From NCBI GenBank assembly GCA_028701555.1, contig JAQVQN010000001.1, forward strand, positions 1 to 30,132: a stretch of DNA of 30,132 nucleotides. Reading direction: 5' to 3'. Under the pieces are notes generated by a model. That model was not told the origin of the DNA, did no database searches, and saw nothing but the letters and a program-made list of their open reading frames with translations. Shown here piece by piece: positions 16,646 to 25,707 of the stretch. Made by a program: the position numbers and the translations under genes. The number at the start of each line of letters is the position of its first letter. Within the stretch, counting starts at the first letter, position 1. Origin of the DNA: Kiritimatiellia bacterium (lineage in GTDB: Bacteria > Verrucomicrobiota > Kiritimatiellia > RFP12 > UBA1067).

Positions 16646-17335
16646 ATGTCGATAAAGGTTATAATTGTCGAGGACGACAGTCGTTTGCGCTCGGGGCTGC
16701 GCGAGATTGTCGATCGTGACGCGGACTGCCGGTGTGTCGGCGCGTTCGGTTCGGGCGAAGAGGCGCTGGAGGGTGCGCTTGCGCTGTCTCCGCAGGTGGC
16801 GGTGATGGACATCAACCTGCCGGGTATGGACGGCATCGAGTGTGTGCGGCAATTATCTGCCAAGCTGCCTGACCTGCAGATCGTGATGCTGACGGTTTAT
16901 CAGGACACCGACAATCTTTTCCGTGCGCTGGCTGCAGGGGCGCACGGTTATCTGGTCAAGCCAGCCCGGGCGCGAGACTTGATGGAGGCAATCCATGACA
17001 TTCACCGCGGGGGGGCGCCGATGACCAGCGCCTTGGCGCGCAAGGTGGTGGACGCTTTCCGCAAGCAGAACAAGCCGCAGTCGACTGCGGCGGGCGTTGC
17101 GCCTGCCGGCGAAGGCGACACCGGGGATCTTGCGCCGCGCGAGAAAGAGATTCTGGATTTGTTGGCGCAGGGTTTCTCATATAAAGAAATCGCCGAACGA
17201 CTCAATGTGGCGTTCGCGACGGTGCACACCTATGTTCTGCGGATTTACAAAAAACTGCATGTGCGATCCAAGAATGCGGCGGTGGCAAGGTGGCTGGGTT
17301 ACCAGCCTGGAGAGTTAGGAGGGGGTCATGAGTGA
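16646..17335 (+). CDS. NarL/LuxR-family DNA-binding response regulator
   Basis: Receiver motifs IIVEDD, VMDINLPG (phospho-Asp), MLT and GYLVK. LuxR HTH LAPREKEILDLLAQGFSYKEIAERL...TVHTY..RIYKKL. Start could be ATG 16625 or 16646. Confidence 0.93.
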   Translation: MSIKVIIVEDDSRLRSGLREIVDRDADCRCVGAFGSGEEALEGALALSPQVAVMDINLPGMDGIECVRQLSAKLPDLQIVMLTVYQDTDNLFRALAAGAHGYLVKPARARDLMEAIHDIHRGGAPMTSALARKVVDAFRKQNKPQSTAAGVAPAGEGDTGDLAPREKEILDLLAQGFSYKEIAERLNVAFATVHTYVLRIYKKLHVRSKNAAVARWLGYQPGELGGGHE

Positions 17336-18584
17336 AGGCGGGCAGATCAGGCGGCGCGCTTTTCTAAGGCTGGCGCAGGCAGGCATGACGGCGCTGCCTT
17401 TCTTGCCGGAGTCTGGGAGTGCGCAGGCAACCGGCGGTGCGGGCACAGATGTTGGGATAGACAAATACAGCAGGCAGATCAGGCTGGGGCTGGTCGGCTG
17501 CGGCGGTCGCGGCGCATGGATCAGCAACCTTTTCCGCGCTAACGGCGGGTTTGTTTTCACGGCGGCGGCCGATTATTTTGAAGAGCGAGCAATGCGTGTC
17601 GGGCAGCAGCTAGACGTACCTGCGTCGGCTTGTTTCTCGGGGCTGGAGGGGTACAAGCGGCTGATGGCTTCAGGCGTAGAGGCAGTGGTTTTGCAAACCC
17701 CGCCCTGTTTTTTTCCGGAGCATGCAGCCGCAGCGCTGGAAGCCGGACTGCATATCTATATGGCTAAACCGGTGGCGATAGACATTCCCGGCACACGGAA
17801 GATCGAGGCGTTGTACCAAAAGGCCGCAGCGTCAAAGATCGTTTTCCAGGCCGATTACCAGTTGCCGTGCGATCCGGTGAACATGGAGGTGGCGCAGCGC
17901 ATACGCGCCGGCGCACTTGGCAAGCTTCAGACGGTGTTCTCGTCCGGGTGGGCTGGCGGCAACGGCTATCAGGATCCGCCTTTGGAGGCTACGGTCGAGA
18001 ACCGCCTGAAGGACCTGGTCTGGTGCAACGACGTGGCTTTAGGCGGCGACTATATTGTGCATTATGACGTGCATATCCTGGATGCGGTCGTGTGGGCGCT
18101 GGGCAAGGCACCGGTTGCGGCGATGGGGGCCTCGGCCGCTTTCAGACCCTCTGTACACGGCGATGCTCGTGACTCCGGGACTGTGGTGTATGTTTTTGAT
18201 GACGGGGCGCTCTGGTGCCACCAAGGTGTGCTGGGCACCTACCATGACTGGATCAGGGCTGGACGTCTGACGGCCTCGTTGCAGGGGACGCAGGGCACGG
18301 CCTGTCTGTCCTATGCGGGCAAGGCCTATGTGCGCGGCGGGCCGCGGCATTTCAGCGGGGGTGTTCCGAACCCTGAGGCGAGTGTGCGCACGAACATCGC
18401 GGTGTTCAGGCAGGCGATCGACGATGGCGATTATTCCGGGCTGCATGTGGAGCGGGCGGTTTCCAGCAATTACACCGCGATTCTGGGTCGGGAGGCGGCG
18501 TCACGGCGCAGGATGATCACGCTGGACGAGCTGATGGCGGAGAACCGGGCGTTGCAGCCGGACCTTAAAGGGCTGCGGTCATGA
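17328..18584 (+). CDS. Tat-exported Gfo/Idh/MocA family oxidoreductase
   Basis: Twin-arginine RRRAFLR signal; Rossmann LGLVGCGGRG; EAVVLQTPPCFFPEHA..AL.AG.HIYMAKPVA; VHILD motif. Confidence 0.9.
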   Translation: MSEGGQIRRRAFLRLAQAGMTALPFLPESGSAQATGGAGTDVGIDKYSRQIRLGLVGCGGRGAWISNLFRANGGFVFTAAADYFEERAMRVGQQLDVPASACFSGLEGYKRLMASGVEAVVLQTPPCFFPEHAAAALEAGLHIYMAKPVAIDIPGTRKIEALYQKAAASKIVFQADYQLPCDPVNMEVAQRIRAGALGKLQTVFSSGWAGGNGYQDPPLEATVENRLKDLVWCNDVALGGDYIVHYDVHILDAVVWALGKAPVAAMGASAAFRPSVHGDARDSGTVVYVFDDGALWCHQGVLGTYHDWIRAGRLTASLQGTQGTACLSYAGKAYVRGGPRHFSGGVPNPEASVRTNIAVFRQAIDDGDYSGLHVERAVSSNYTAILGREAASRRRMITLDELMAENRALQPDLKGLRS

Positions 18585-18590
18585 GCGGGA

Positions 18591-20687
18591 TCAGGGGCGG
18601 GTAACGTGTTCGAGCCAGGCGCGGGCGGTGTCGGTGTCGAGCGTGGCGCTGTAGCGGAGTGCTTGATAGCTTTCCAGCAGTTCAAGCAGAGCGTCGGAAC
18701 GGGTTGCGGTCAATTCAGGGCGCACGCGCTGGAACCAGGCTGGCCAAGTTTCAAAAACGCGGCGCCGCAGGTGTGACGGCACGGCACTACGCGCGATACG
18801 CGTCATGGCGCGGGTCATTTCCCGCCGCAGGCGGGCTTCGCTGTTCAGTTTAGGCTGGCGTCGATTTCGCCTGAGCCACCAGAGTGCGCCTAGCCCGGCA
18901 ATAGCCACCACGCCGGGTATGCTCGCGAGCATATGCCATAGCAGCAGGAAGAGGTCTTCGCCGAGATCGGCGAGCATCACCAGCAAATTGGTGTTGCGCA
19001 GGTATGACAGGGCACGTTTCAGGCTTGCCTTGATGACATCCAGCGACCATCTGAGCCGGCCCGGCCTTTTGAACATCGCGGGGTTGCCGGCCGGCGGTGT
19101 GGGGTCGGCCACCAGCCACCTGCCAGAGGCTCGGTCGAAGACCTCGACCCAGGCATGGCCCTCGCGTTCGCGCACGACCCAGCGCTTGAGCCAAGGGTTC
19201 CACTCGCTGCAGACATAGCCGCCGATCACGCGCGAGGGTATGCCTAGTCCCCGGAACATCAGGGCTGCGGCGCTGGCGAACAAAGTGCACGCGCCCTCTT
19301 TGCGGGACATGAAGTCGACCAGGGGATCGGGTGACGGTCTCATACGCAGTCCCAGGCGGTATTTAAAATTTCTGGAGAAATGGTCTTCGATAATCTTGAT
19401 GGCTACGGCCAGCGACTGTGCCTCGGCCAGGCCGTTGCAAGCGCTGTTCCAGTCTGAAACGTTTTCGATAAGGTGCTCGGGAATCTGCAGGTAGTCGGGC
19501 GTTGAGAAGCCGTCGGGGTAAGGGTAAGCGCTGTACAAAAGGCGCGAAGGAGTTACCCCGAGTGTGTAGGTTTCCGGGAAAGCGCCTGCGGCAGTGACCA
19601 TGCCGTTGGGCTCTGTAAGCGGTTGCGGGCCATCGCAGGTTAGGGTCAGTGCATTGCCCGGCAGGCAAAATCCTGCGAGCATGTTTGGCGACAGCACCTC
19701 GACATGCCAGCTAGCGCGTGAGGTCGGCGGGATAAAAGGCACTAGCAGGTGCATGCCTTTTTTGTCTCCGGTATCCGAGTCTGAGGCTTTGAGCAGAGGT
19801 TCTTGCGGCCGGATCGCAGTCCAGCGGCCGTTATAATAGCGCAAGAAAACTGCTTCGCGCAGGTATCCCGGCAGGTACAAGGTGTCGAGCAGCATGACCA
19901 TGCGCATACGGCCGCCGAAATTTTTCGGGGTTTTAGCGGTCAGCATCAGATCAGTATGCCGGTTGCGGTGACGGCGGTCGGTGTACATGACTAAGCCGAA
20001 AATGCGCTTTTGCACAGCTTTCGCCGCATGTTCCACCGGTTCCCGCAGCGTGAACGCGATTGTTGCTACGGACACAAGGCAAACGACGCGCCAGACTAAC
20101 TCCCTAAAGCCTGGAGCAGCCATTTCAGCAGTACGCGGCATTGTCAGGCGCTGCGCCAGGTCGGCGGCGGCCAGTAAAAAGACCATGCCCCAAACCAGCA
20201 TAACACCGTGGTTGCCGATTGCGCCCAGATCCATGTAAGAGCGTGACAGGACCAGCATCGACATCGGCAGTCCGCCGATCGCCGCCAGAGAGACGGTGTT
20301 AACGGACGGGCGGAACAAGAGCGAGGTCATGCCCATGGCGTATGCCACGGTGATGATGCGGTCGAGTGCCCGGCTTTCCTCAGGCGCGTTGTCAGGCGGC
20401 ATAAGGCGCGAGACGTTGGCAGCAAGGCAGAATATGGTCAGTGCGATCCCGCTCCATACGACCCAGCGTGGCGTTGACGGCAAGGGACGGGGGCGGAGGG
20501 CGGCGAGCGTGGCGATGATCGCAGAAAGGTAGAGAAGCCCCTGAGAGTCCTCGCGGCAGTACCACCAGGCGCACCACATCAGGAAAGCCGCGCTGACCAG
20601 CACAGGCCAGCGGCTGCGTGGAGGTGTTGCGGTTAAGGGCGTGGTCTGCCGGGGCTGACGCGCAAGATCGGCGTGGCTGTCGTTCAT
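18591..20687 (-). CDS. Membrane-bound transglutaminase-like protein (TgpA/DUF3488-type architecture)
   Basis: Multiple N-terminal TM helices. Catalytic triad in EGACTLFASA, EGHAWVEV and WLVADPTP; C-terminal TM helix. ATGA overlap with the DUF58 gene. Confidence 0.88.
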   Translation of the reverse strand: MNDSHADLARQPRQTTPLTATPPRSRWPVLVSAAFLMWCAWWYCREDSQGLLYLSAIIATLAALRPRPLPSTPRWVVWSGIALTIFCLAANVSRLMPPDNAPEESRALDRIITVAYAMGMTSLLFRPSVNTVSLAAIGGLPMSMLVLSRSYMDLGAIGNHGVMLVWGMVFLLAAADLAQRLTMPRTAEMAAPGFRELVWRVVCLVSVATIAFTLREPVEHAAKAVQKRIFGLVMYTDRRHRNRHTDLMLTAKTPKNFGGRMRMVMLLDTLYLPGYLREAVFLRYYNGRWTAIRPQEPLLKASDSDTGDKKGMHLLVPFIPPTSRASWHVEVLSPNMLAGFCLPGNALTLTCDGPQPLTEPNGMVTAAGAFPETYTLGVTPSRLLYSAYPYPDGFSTPDYLQIPEHLIENVSDWNSACNGLAEAQSLAVAIKIIEDHFSRNFKYRLGLRMRPSPDPLVDFMSRKEGACTLFASAAALMFRGLGIPSRVIGGYVCSEWNPWLKRWVVREREGHAWVEVFDRASGRWLVADPTPPAGNPAMFKRPGRLRWSLDVIKASLKRALSYLRNTNLLVMLADLGEDLFLLLWHMLASIPGVVAIAGLGALWWLRRNRRQPKLNSEARLRREMTRAMTRIARSAVPSHLRRRVFETWPAWFQRVRPELTATRSDALLELLESYQALRYSATLDTDTARAWLEHVTRP

Positions 20688-22012
20688 AAAGTTAGCACCT
20701 CCCCGCGCAGGATCGTTCTGGCGGTCAGGCGTATGACATCATGCGGCAGGCCGGCGACCGGATTGAGCTTGGGCGTGATCAGCACCACCTTAAGCCCCGT
20801 CTCCCAGGCGGAGATACTTTGCACCAGTTCGGCCCGGCGCTGATCCCAGCCGGTAAGTATCAGCAAGACACTTTGCAGAGCGCGAATTTCATCGAAAAGC
20901 AACGGTTCGAGCCGGTCGAGCGGATCATCGCGGCAGGACTCCACGGCTGCCAGCAGATCAAGCACCTCTTCGAGGTATCCGACACGTCCAGCGGTCACGA
21001 AGCGGTAAACCTGCGGTCCTGCCACCAGCAGTTCCAGCACGCGGTCGGTTGATGAAAGCGCGTCGGTGGCGGCGGCGGCCAGGGACAAGGCGGCCTCGAC
21101 CGGGTTTTCGCGCCGACGGAGTGTACCCATTCTGGCGAACGTGGCGCTCTCTCTGGTGTCGATAAGGATAGCGGTGCGCGAGCGCCCTTCAGACTGGAAC
21201 TCTTTGACCACTGGCACTCCCAGACGCGCGGAAGAGCGGGGGTGCACATGGCGCAGGGCGTCACCTTCGCGGAATTCCCGGCAACCGTGGAATTCCAGGG
21301 CTTCGCGCGCCATGTCGCGGGCGGTGGAGAGATCCTGTTTGTTGCGGTTGCCCAGCGGGATGTCGAAGGCTTCCAGGCGGGTATAGCGCGGGTAGACAGA
21401 GATTAGGCGTTCATGCGGCGCGGTGCGGCCCCAGCGCCAGAATCCGCATGGGAACGAGGAGTCATAGCGCAGCGCGGGCAGGGTGTACACGCCGCGCGCC
21501 AGGGCGTGTCCCGTGGCGGAGACTGTCTCGGCGGTGCCGGACGGCAGCACATTCAGATATGCCCGACCGCGCCGCATGCTGAGCCAGTCGGAATACACCA
21601 GCGAGTCGATGGCCAGGTCGCGGGCGCAGAAGCGGCCGGTGTTACGCACCTTGTAGCGGGTTTCGAAACGGCTGCCGCACTCGACCCGCACGGGCATGGC
21701 TGCGGTTACCTCGAGTTTAGGACGCCAGATCAAGCCGGCGGCGGCGCAAACCATGATCCAGCCGACAAGCGAAAAGCCGAGCATAAGGATGCGGCTTTCG
21801 AAGCCCACCAGCATCAAAAGCAGCGTGGGGCCGATGCCAATCAGCCCCAAGATCAAAAGTCGCGGGGTCGTGTAAGCTGTTACCGCATAGTAAATCCAGG
21901 AGATCAGCGGAAAATTCCGCGTGAAACGACCGCGACGGCCGTGCTGATAACCGATGGGCGGGTTGCGCAGACGGTGCCAGATGCGGCGTGCCAGGCTGGA
22001 GATGCCGGTCAT
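20684..22012 (-). CDS. DUF58 domain-containing protein
   Basis: N-terminal TMs, an Ig-like segment, EFHGCREFREGDALRHVHPRSSARLG.PVVKEF and ILIDTRES (vWA-like). Position between moxR and transglutaminase fits. Confidence 0.88.
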   Translation of the reverse strand: MTGISSLARRIWHRLRNPPIGYQHGRRGRFTRNFPLISWIYYAVTAYTTPRLLILGLIGIGPTLLLMLVGFESRILMLGFSLVGWIMVCAAAGLIWRPKLEVTAAMPVRVECGSRFETRYKVRNTGRFCARDLAIDSLVYSDWLSMRRGRAYLNVLPSGTAETVSATGHALARGVYTLPALRYDSSFPCGFWRWGRTAPHERLISVYPRYTRLEAFDIPLGNRNKQDLSTARDMAREALEFHGCREFREGDALRHVHPRSSARLGVPVVKEFQSEGRSRTAILIDTRESATFARMGTLRRRENPVEAALSLAAAATDALSSTDRVLELLVAGPQVYRFVTAGRVGYLEEVLDLLAAVESCRDDPLDRLEPLLFDEIRALQSVLLILTGWDQRRAELVQSISAWETGLKVVLITPKLNPVAGLPHDVIRLTARTILRGEVLTL

Positions 22013-22965
22013 GCGGGAACCGGCTCCGAGCGCAGGGCCTCGGCGATCACCGAGTCGCCGGTCAAGCCGCCGTGCCGCGCCTTGATATCAATGACCATGC
22101 GGTGCGCGAGCACCGGTGCCGCCTGTCGCTGCACGTCATCCGGGCGCACGCTGTCGCGTCCTGCCATGTAGGCGGAGGCTTGGGCGCAGCGCCGTAGGTC
22201 GAGCGACCCGCGCGGGCTGACTCCCAACCGCAGCCGTGGGTCGTGGCGTGTTTTTTCGACCAGCCGCACGATATAGTCCAGCACAGAGTCTTCAACGCCG
22301 ACCTCGCGCACCTCAGACTGCAGTCGTGCCAGCGTTTCGGTATCCATGACCGGTCGCAGTTTGTCCAAGGGTTGTGACAGGACTTGGTCGGCCAGCAGTT
22401 GCAGTTCGTAGCTGTGGAGCGGATAACCGATCGACAGCCGCAGGCAGAAGCGGTCAAGCTGCGCTTCCGGCAGCGGGTAAGTGCCGTTGTATTCGACCGG
22501 GTTTTGTGTGGCGAGAACCAGGAAGGGCCGCGGCAGGGCGCGCGAGTCGCCTTCGGTGGTGACCTGGCGCTCGGCCATGGCTTCCAGCAATGCCGATTGC
22601 GTTCGCGGCGAGGCGCGGTTGATCTCATCCGCCAGCACGATGTTGGCGAAGACAGGCCCCGGCCTGAAGGTGAAACTGCCGTTGGCGGCCGAGTAGATCA
22701 TGCCGCCTACGATATCGGTGGGCAGGAGGTCGGGGGTGAACTGGATGCGCGAAAAGCGTGCGGAGAGCGACACCGCCAAGGCCTTGGCCAGGGTGGTCTT
22801 GCCGGTGCCGGGCACGTCGTCTATGAGCACATGCCCGTCTGCTAGCATGGCTGTCAGAAGCTGGTCGATTGCCTCGCTTTTGCCGCGGATGACGGTTGAG
22901 AGATTATCCTTTAAATGCGCCAGAATCGTTTTTGGCGCCCTGCTAACTTCAAAGCCGTTATTCAT
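22009..22965 (-). CDS. MoxR-family AAA+ ATPase
   Basis: Motifs GHVLIDDVPGTGKT, RIQFTPDLLPTD, LADEINRASPRTQSALLEAMAERQVT and ATQNPVEYNGTYPLPEAQLDRF. Confidence 0.95.
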   Translation of the reverse strand: MNNGFEVSRAPKTILAHLKDNLSTVIRGKSEAIDQLLTAMLADGHVLIDDVPGTGKTTLAKALAVSLSARFSRIQFTPDLLPTDIVGGMIYSAANGSFTFRPGPVFANIVLADEINRASPRTQSALLEAMAERQVTTEGDSRALPRPFLVLATQNPVEYNGTYPLPEAQLDRFCLRLSIGYPLHSYELQLLADQVLSQPLDKLRPVMDTETLARLQSEVREVGVEDSVLDYIVRLVEKTRHDPRLRLGVSPRGSLDLRRCAQASAYMAGRDSVRPDDVQRQAAPVLAHRMVIDIKARHGGLTGDSVIAEALRSEPVPA

Positions 22966-22971
22966 GTTATG

Positions 22972-23000
22972 ATATTAACGCTAGGAGGCTGGTACTGCAA
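22972..23000 (-). promoter_or_regulatory. Putative sigma70 promoter of the moxR operon (leaderless geometry)
   Basis: Minus strand TTGCAG (23000-22995), 17-nt spacer, TAATAT (22977-22972), 6 nt, ATG. Confidence 0.6.
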
Positions 23001-23100
23001 GCGGCAGTTCAGGCGGATGGGATTTTCATAAGGAAGCTTGCGGTAATGCGGGGAGAGCTGCAATAATAAGAGCTCTTTTTCTATGTAAGGCGGGTGCAAA

Positions 23101-24222
23101 GTGATTGAAGTTGAAGAGATCAAAGACAGGTTGGGCGTTCTTTGCGAGGGTCTGGTAGAGATGCGCGGTTATCTGGACATAGATAAACGGCGCGAGATGC
23201 TGGAGCAATTGGAGGAGGATGCTGCCAGGCCGGATTTCTGGAACTCCCCGAATGCGGCGCAAGAGACCATTGCCAAGACCAACGCGCAGCGGGCTTTCGT
23301 CAAGCCGTTTGACGAGCTGTCGAGTTTGCTGGATGACGGTACGCTGATGGTCGAGCTGGCGGAAGCCGAAGCCGACGAGTCCTCGCGCCAGCAGGCGCTG
23401 GTTGATGTCGCACACATGTTCGACAAGGCGGACGGCATGATTTCGCGATTGCGGCTGCAGTCGCTGCTGGGCGGCAAGCTGGACGCTTGCAACGCCTATC
23501 TGACACTGCACTCAGGAGCGGGCGGCACCGAATCCTGCGACTGGGCCGACATGCTGTTCCGCATGTACCGCATGTATTGCGAGGACAACGGCTTTGAGGT
23601 CGAGGTGCTGGACTCGCAGCCTGGCGAGGAGGCGGGAATCAAGTCGGTGACATTTCTGGTGAGCGGGGCTTACGCCTACGGGTACCTTAAGGCTGAGCGC
23701 GGTGTGCACCGTCTGGTGCGGATCAGCCCTTTTGACGCCAACAAGCGTCGGCACACCTCTTTCAGTTCGCTGGACGTGGTGGCCGAACTGACCGACGAGA
23801 TCGAGGTCGAGATCAAGGACGAGGATCTGCGGGTTGACACCTACCGGTCCGGCGGGTCGGGCGGGCAGCATGTGAACAAGACCGATTCGGCAATCCGCCT
23901 GACGCACATGCCGACCGGTATCGTGGTGGCGGTGCAGTCCGAGCGCTCGCAGCACAAGAACCGCTCCAAGGCCATGAGCATCCTGAAGGCCAAGATCTAC
24001 GAGTACTACGAAGACAAAAAGCGCAAAGAGATGGAGCGTTTTTATGGAGAGAAGGGCGAGATCGCGTGGGGCAGCCAGATCCGCTCGTACGTTTTTCAGC
24101 CTTACACCATGGTCAAGGATCACCGCACGGATGAGCAGACCTCAAACGTGCAGGCGGTGATGGACGGTCACCTCCAGCCGTTTATCGAGGCATCTTTGAA
24201 GCACAATGCGACGAAGGCGTAG
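23101..24222 (+). CDS. prfB: Peptide chain release factor 2, uninterrupted ORF
   Basis: SPF motif (RISPFD), GGQ motif (GGSGGQHVNKTDSA), ERSQHKN and WGSQIRSYVFQPY. GTG start, no internal stop. Confidence 0.96.
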   Translation: MIEVEEIKDRLGVLCEGLVEMRGYLDIDKRREMLEQLEEDAARPDFWNSPNAAQETIAKTNAQRAFVKPFDELSSLLDDGTLMVELAEAEADESSRQQALVDVAHMFDKADGMISRLRLQSLLGGKLDACNAYLTLHSGAGGTESCDWADMLFRMYRMYCEDNGFEVEVLDSQPGEEAGIKSVTFLVSGAYAYGYLKAERGVHRLVRISPFDANKRRHTSFSSLDVVAELTDEIEVEIKDEDLRVDTYRSGGSGGQHVNKTDSAIRLTHMPTGIVVAVQSERSQHKNRSKAMSILKAKIYEYYEDKKRKEMERFYGEKGEIAWGSQIRSYVFQPYTMVKDHRTDEQTSNVQAVMDGHLQPFIEASLKHNATKA

Positions 24223-24254
24223 GCGCGGGCAGGAATTAGGAGTTAGAAATTATT

Positions 24255-25598
24255 ATGGGATTGAATTTTGAGCAGGCGAGGCAGGTTTTAGAACGGAACA
24301 GGCAGGCGCATGTGCTGCGTTTTTGGAGTCGGCTGGACAAGGCGGAGCGCGGCGCTTTGCTGCGGCAGATCTCCGAGATTGATTTCAAGGATGTCGCGCG
24401 CATGCGAAAGATGCTGGCATGCAAGTCCGCAACAGCCTGTGTCACGCCGCGACCCGCGCCGGTCATGAAGTGGACGCGGCAGACTTATGCCGAAGCGTTT
24501 AAGGCGGGTGAGGCTCTGCTGCGCCAGGGACGTGTGGCGGTGCTGCTGGTGGCAGGCGGCCAGGGGTCGCGTCTGGGTTATGACGGCCCCAAAGGTGCCT
24601 TTAGGATCGGGCCGCTTTCAGAGATGCCGCTGTTTTATTTTCATGCCCGCAAGATTTTGCGGCTGACGCGCGCTTACGGGCGGCCCGTGCCGTTCTACGT
24701 CATGACCAGCGCGGTGAACGATGCCGCGACACGCGCCTGTTTCGCTGAGCACGGCTATTTCGGCCTCAATCCCGCCGATGTGATCTTCTTCCAGCAGGGC
24801 GTGTGGCCCGCGCTGGATGACGCAGGCCGTCTGATTCTCGAAGAGGCGGGGCGGATTTTCGTGAGTCCGGACGGCCATGGCGGAACCTTGACCGCGCTGG
24901 CGAAGAACGGGTGTCTGGATGACATGACCGCGCGCGGCATCAAGAGCGTCTTCTATTTTCAGGTGGACAACCCGCTGGTGGAGATCGCCGAGCCTGCGTT
25001 TGTCGGACTTCACGGACTCAGTCGCGCGGAGATCGCGCTCAAGCTCTGCCGCAAGAATTCGCCGACTGAAAAAATGGGTGCGGTGGCGCAGATGGCTGAC
25101 GGGCGTTATGGGCTGATCGAGTATTCGGAAATGACGCCGGAACAGGCCGCCAAGTTCAAGTACGGGAGCCCTGCGATACATGTTTTTTCGCTGGCCTTTC
25201 TCAAACGCGAGTCGCGCAAGGCCATGCCGTTGCATCTGGCGCACAAGAAGATCGCGCATGTGACGGCGGACGGCAGGCGGGTCACGCCGGACGAACCGAA
25301 CGGTTACAAGTTTGAGAAGTTCATTTTTGATGTGCTGCCTGACGCGAGGAATGCAGTCAATCTGGCGTTTGACCGTGCGGACGAGTTTTCGCCCGTAAAG
25401 AACGCTGATGGCGAGGATTCTCCTGAGACCTGCAGGCGCGACCTGCAGGCCAAGTGGCGGCGCTGGCTGCGGGAGGCGGGCGTGGCAGTGCCGGACTCTG
25501 TGCCGGTCGAGATCGACCCGGCCTATGCCGGGTGCGCGGCAGAACTCAAGAGGGGACTTATGATGCGTGATTTCGTAGATGAAGAAACGCGAATTTGA
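24255..25598 (+). CDS. UDP-sugar pyrophosphorylase, UAP1/AGX1-type (UDP-GlcNAc/UDP-Glc)
   Basis: Motifs LLVAGGQGSRLG..GPKG, FFQQG, PDGHGG, YFQVDNPL, EYSE, KFEKFIFD and EFSPVKNA. Confidence 0.9.
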   Translation: MGLNFEQARQVLERNRQAHVLRFWSRLDKAERGALLRQISEIDFKDVARMRKMLACKSATACVTPRPAPVMKWTRQTYAEAFKAGEALLRQGRVAVLLVAGGQGSRLGYDGPKGAFRIGPLSEMPLFYFHARKILRLTRAYGRPVPFYVMTSAVNDAATRACFAEHGYFGLNPADVIFFQQGVWPALDDAGRLILEEAGRIFVSPDGHGGTLTALAKNGCLDDMTARGIKSVFYFQVDNPLVEIAEPAFVGLHGLSRAEIALKLCRKNSPTEKMGAVAQMADGRYGLIEYSEMTPEQAAKFKYGSPAIHVFSLAFLKRESRKAMPLHLAHKKIAHVTADGRRVTPDEPNGYKFEKFIFDVLPDARNAVNLAFDRADEFSPVKNADGEDSPETCRRDLQAKWRRWLREAGVAVPDSVPVEIDPAYAGCAAELKRGLMMRDFVDEETRI

Positions 25599-25707
25599 AA
25601 TTAAGGATGAACAAGTATGCGGGTATTTTGGCGCATGAGTTAGCACTCACATGTAAACACGAAGCAGCAGGAATTTAGAAGAACAGCATAAAAAGGGAGA
25701 AGAGAAT

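Noticed and set aside
24618-25646. 342-aa antisense ORF
   Set aside because: It is the shadow of the UDP-sugar pyrophosphorylase gene and has no motifs.
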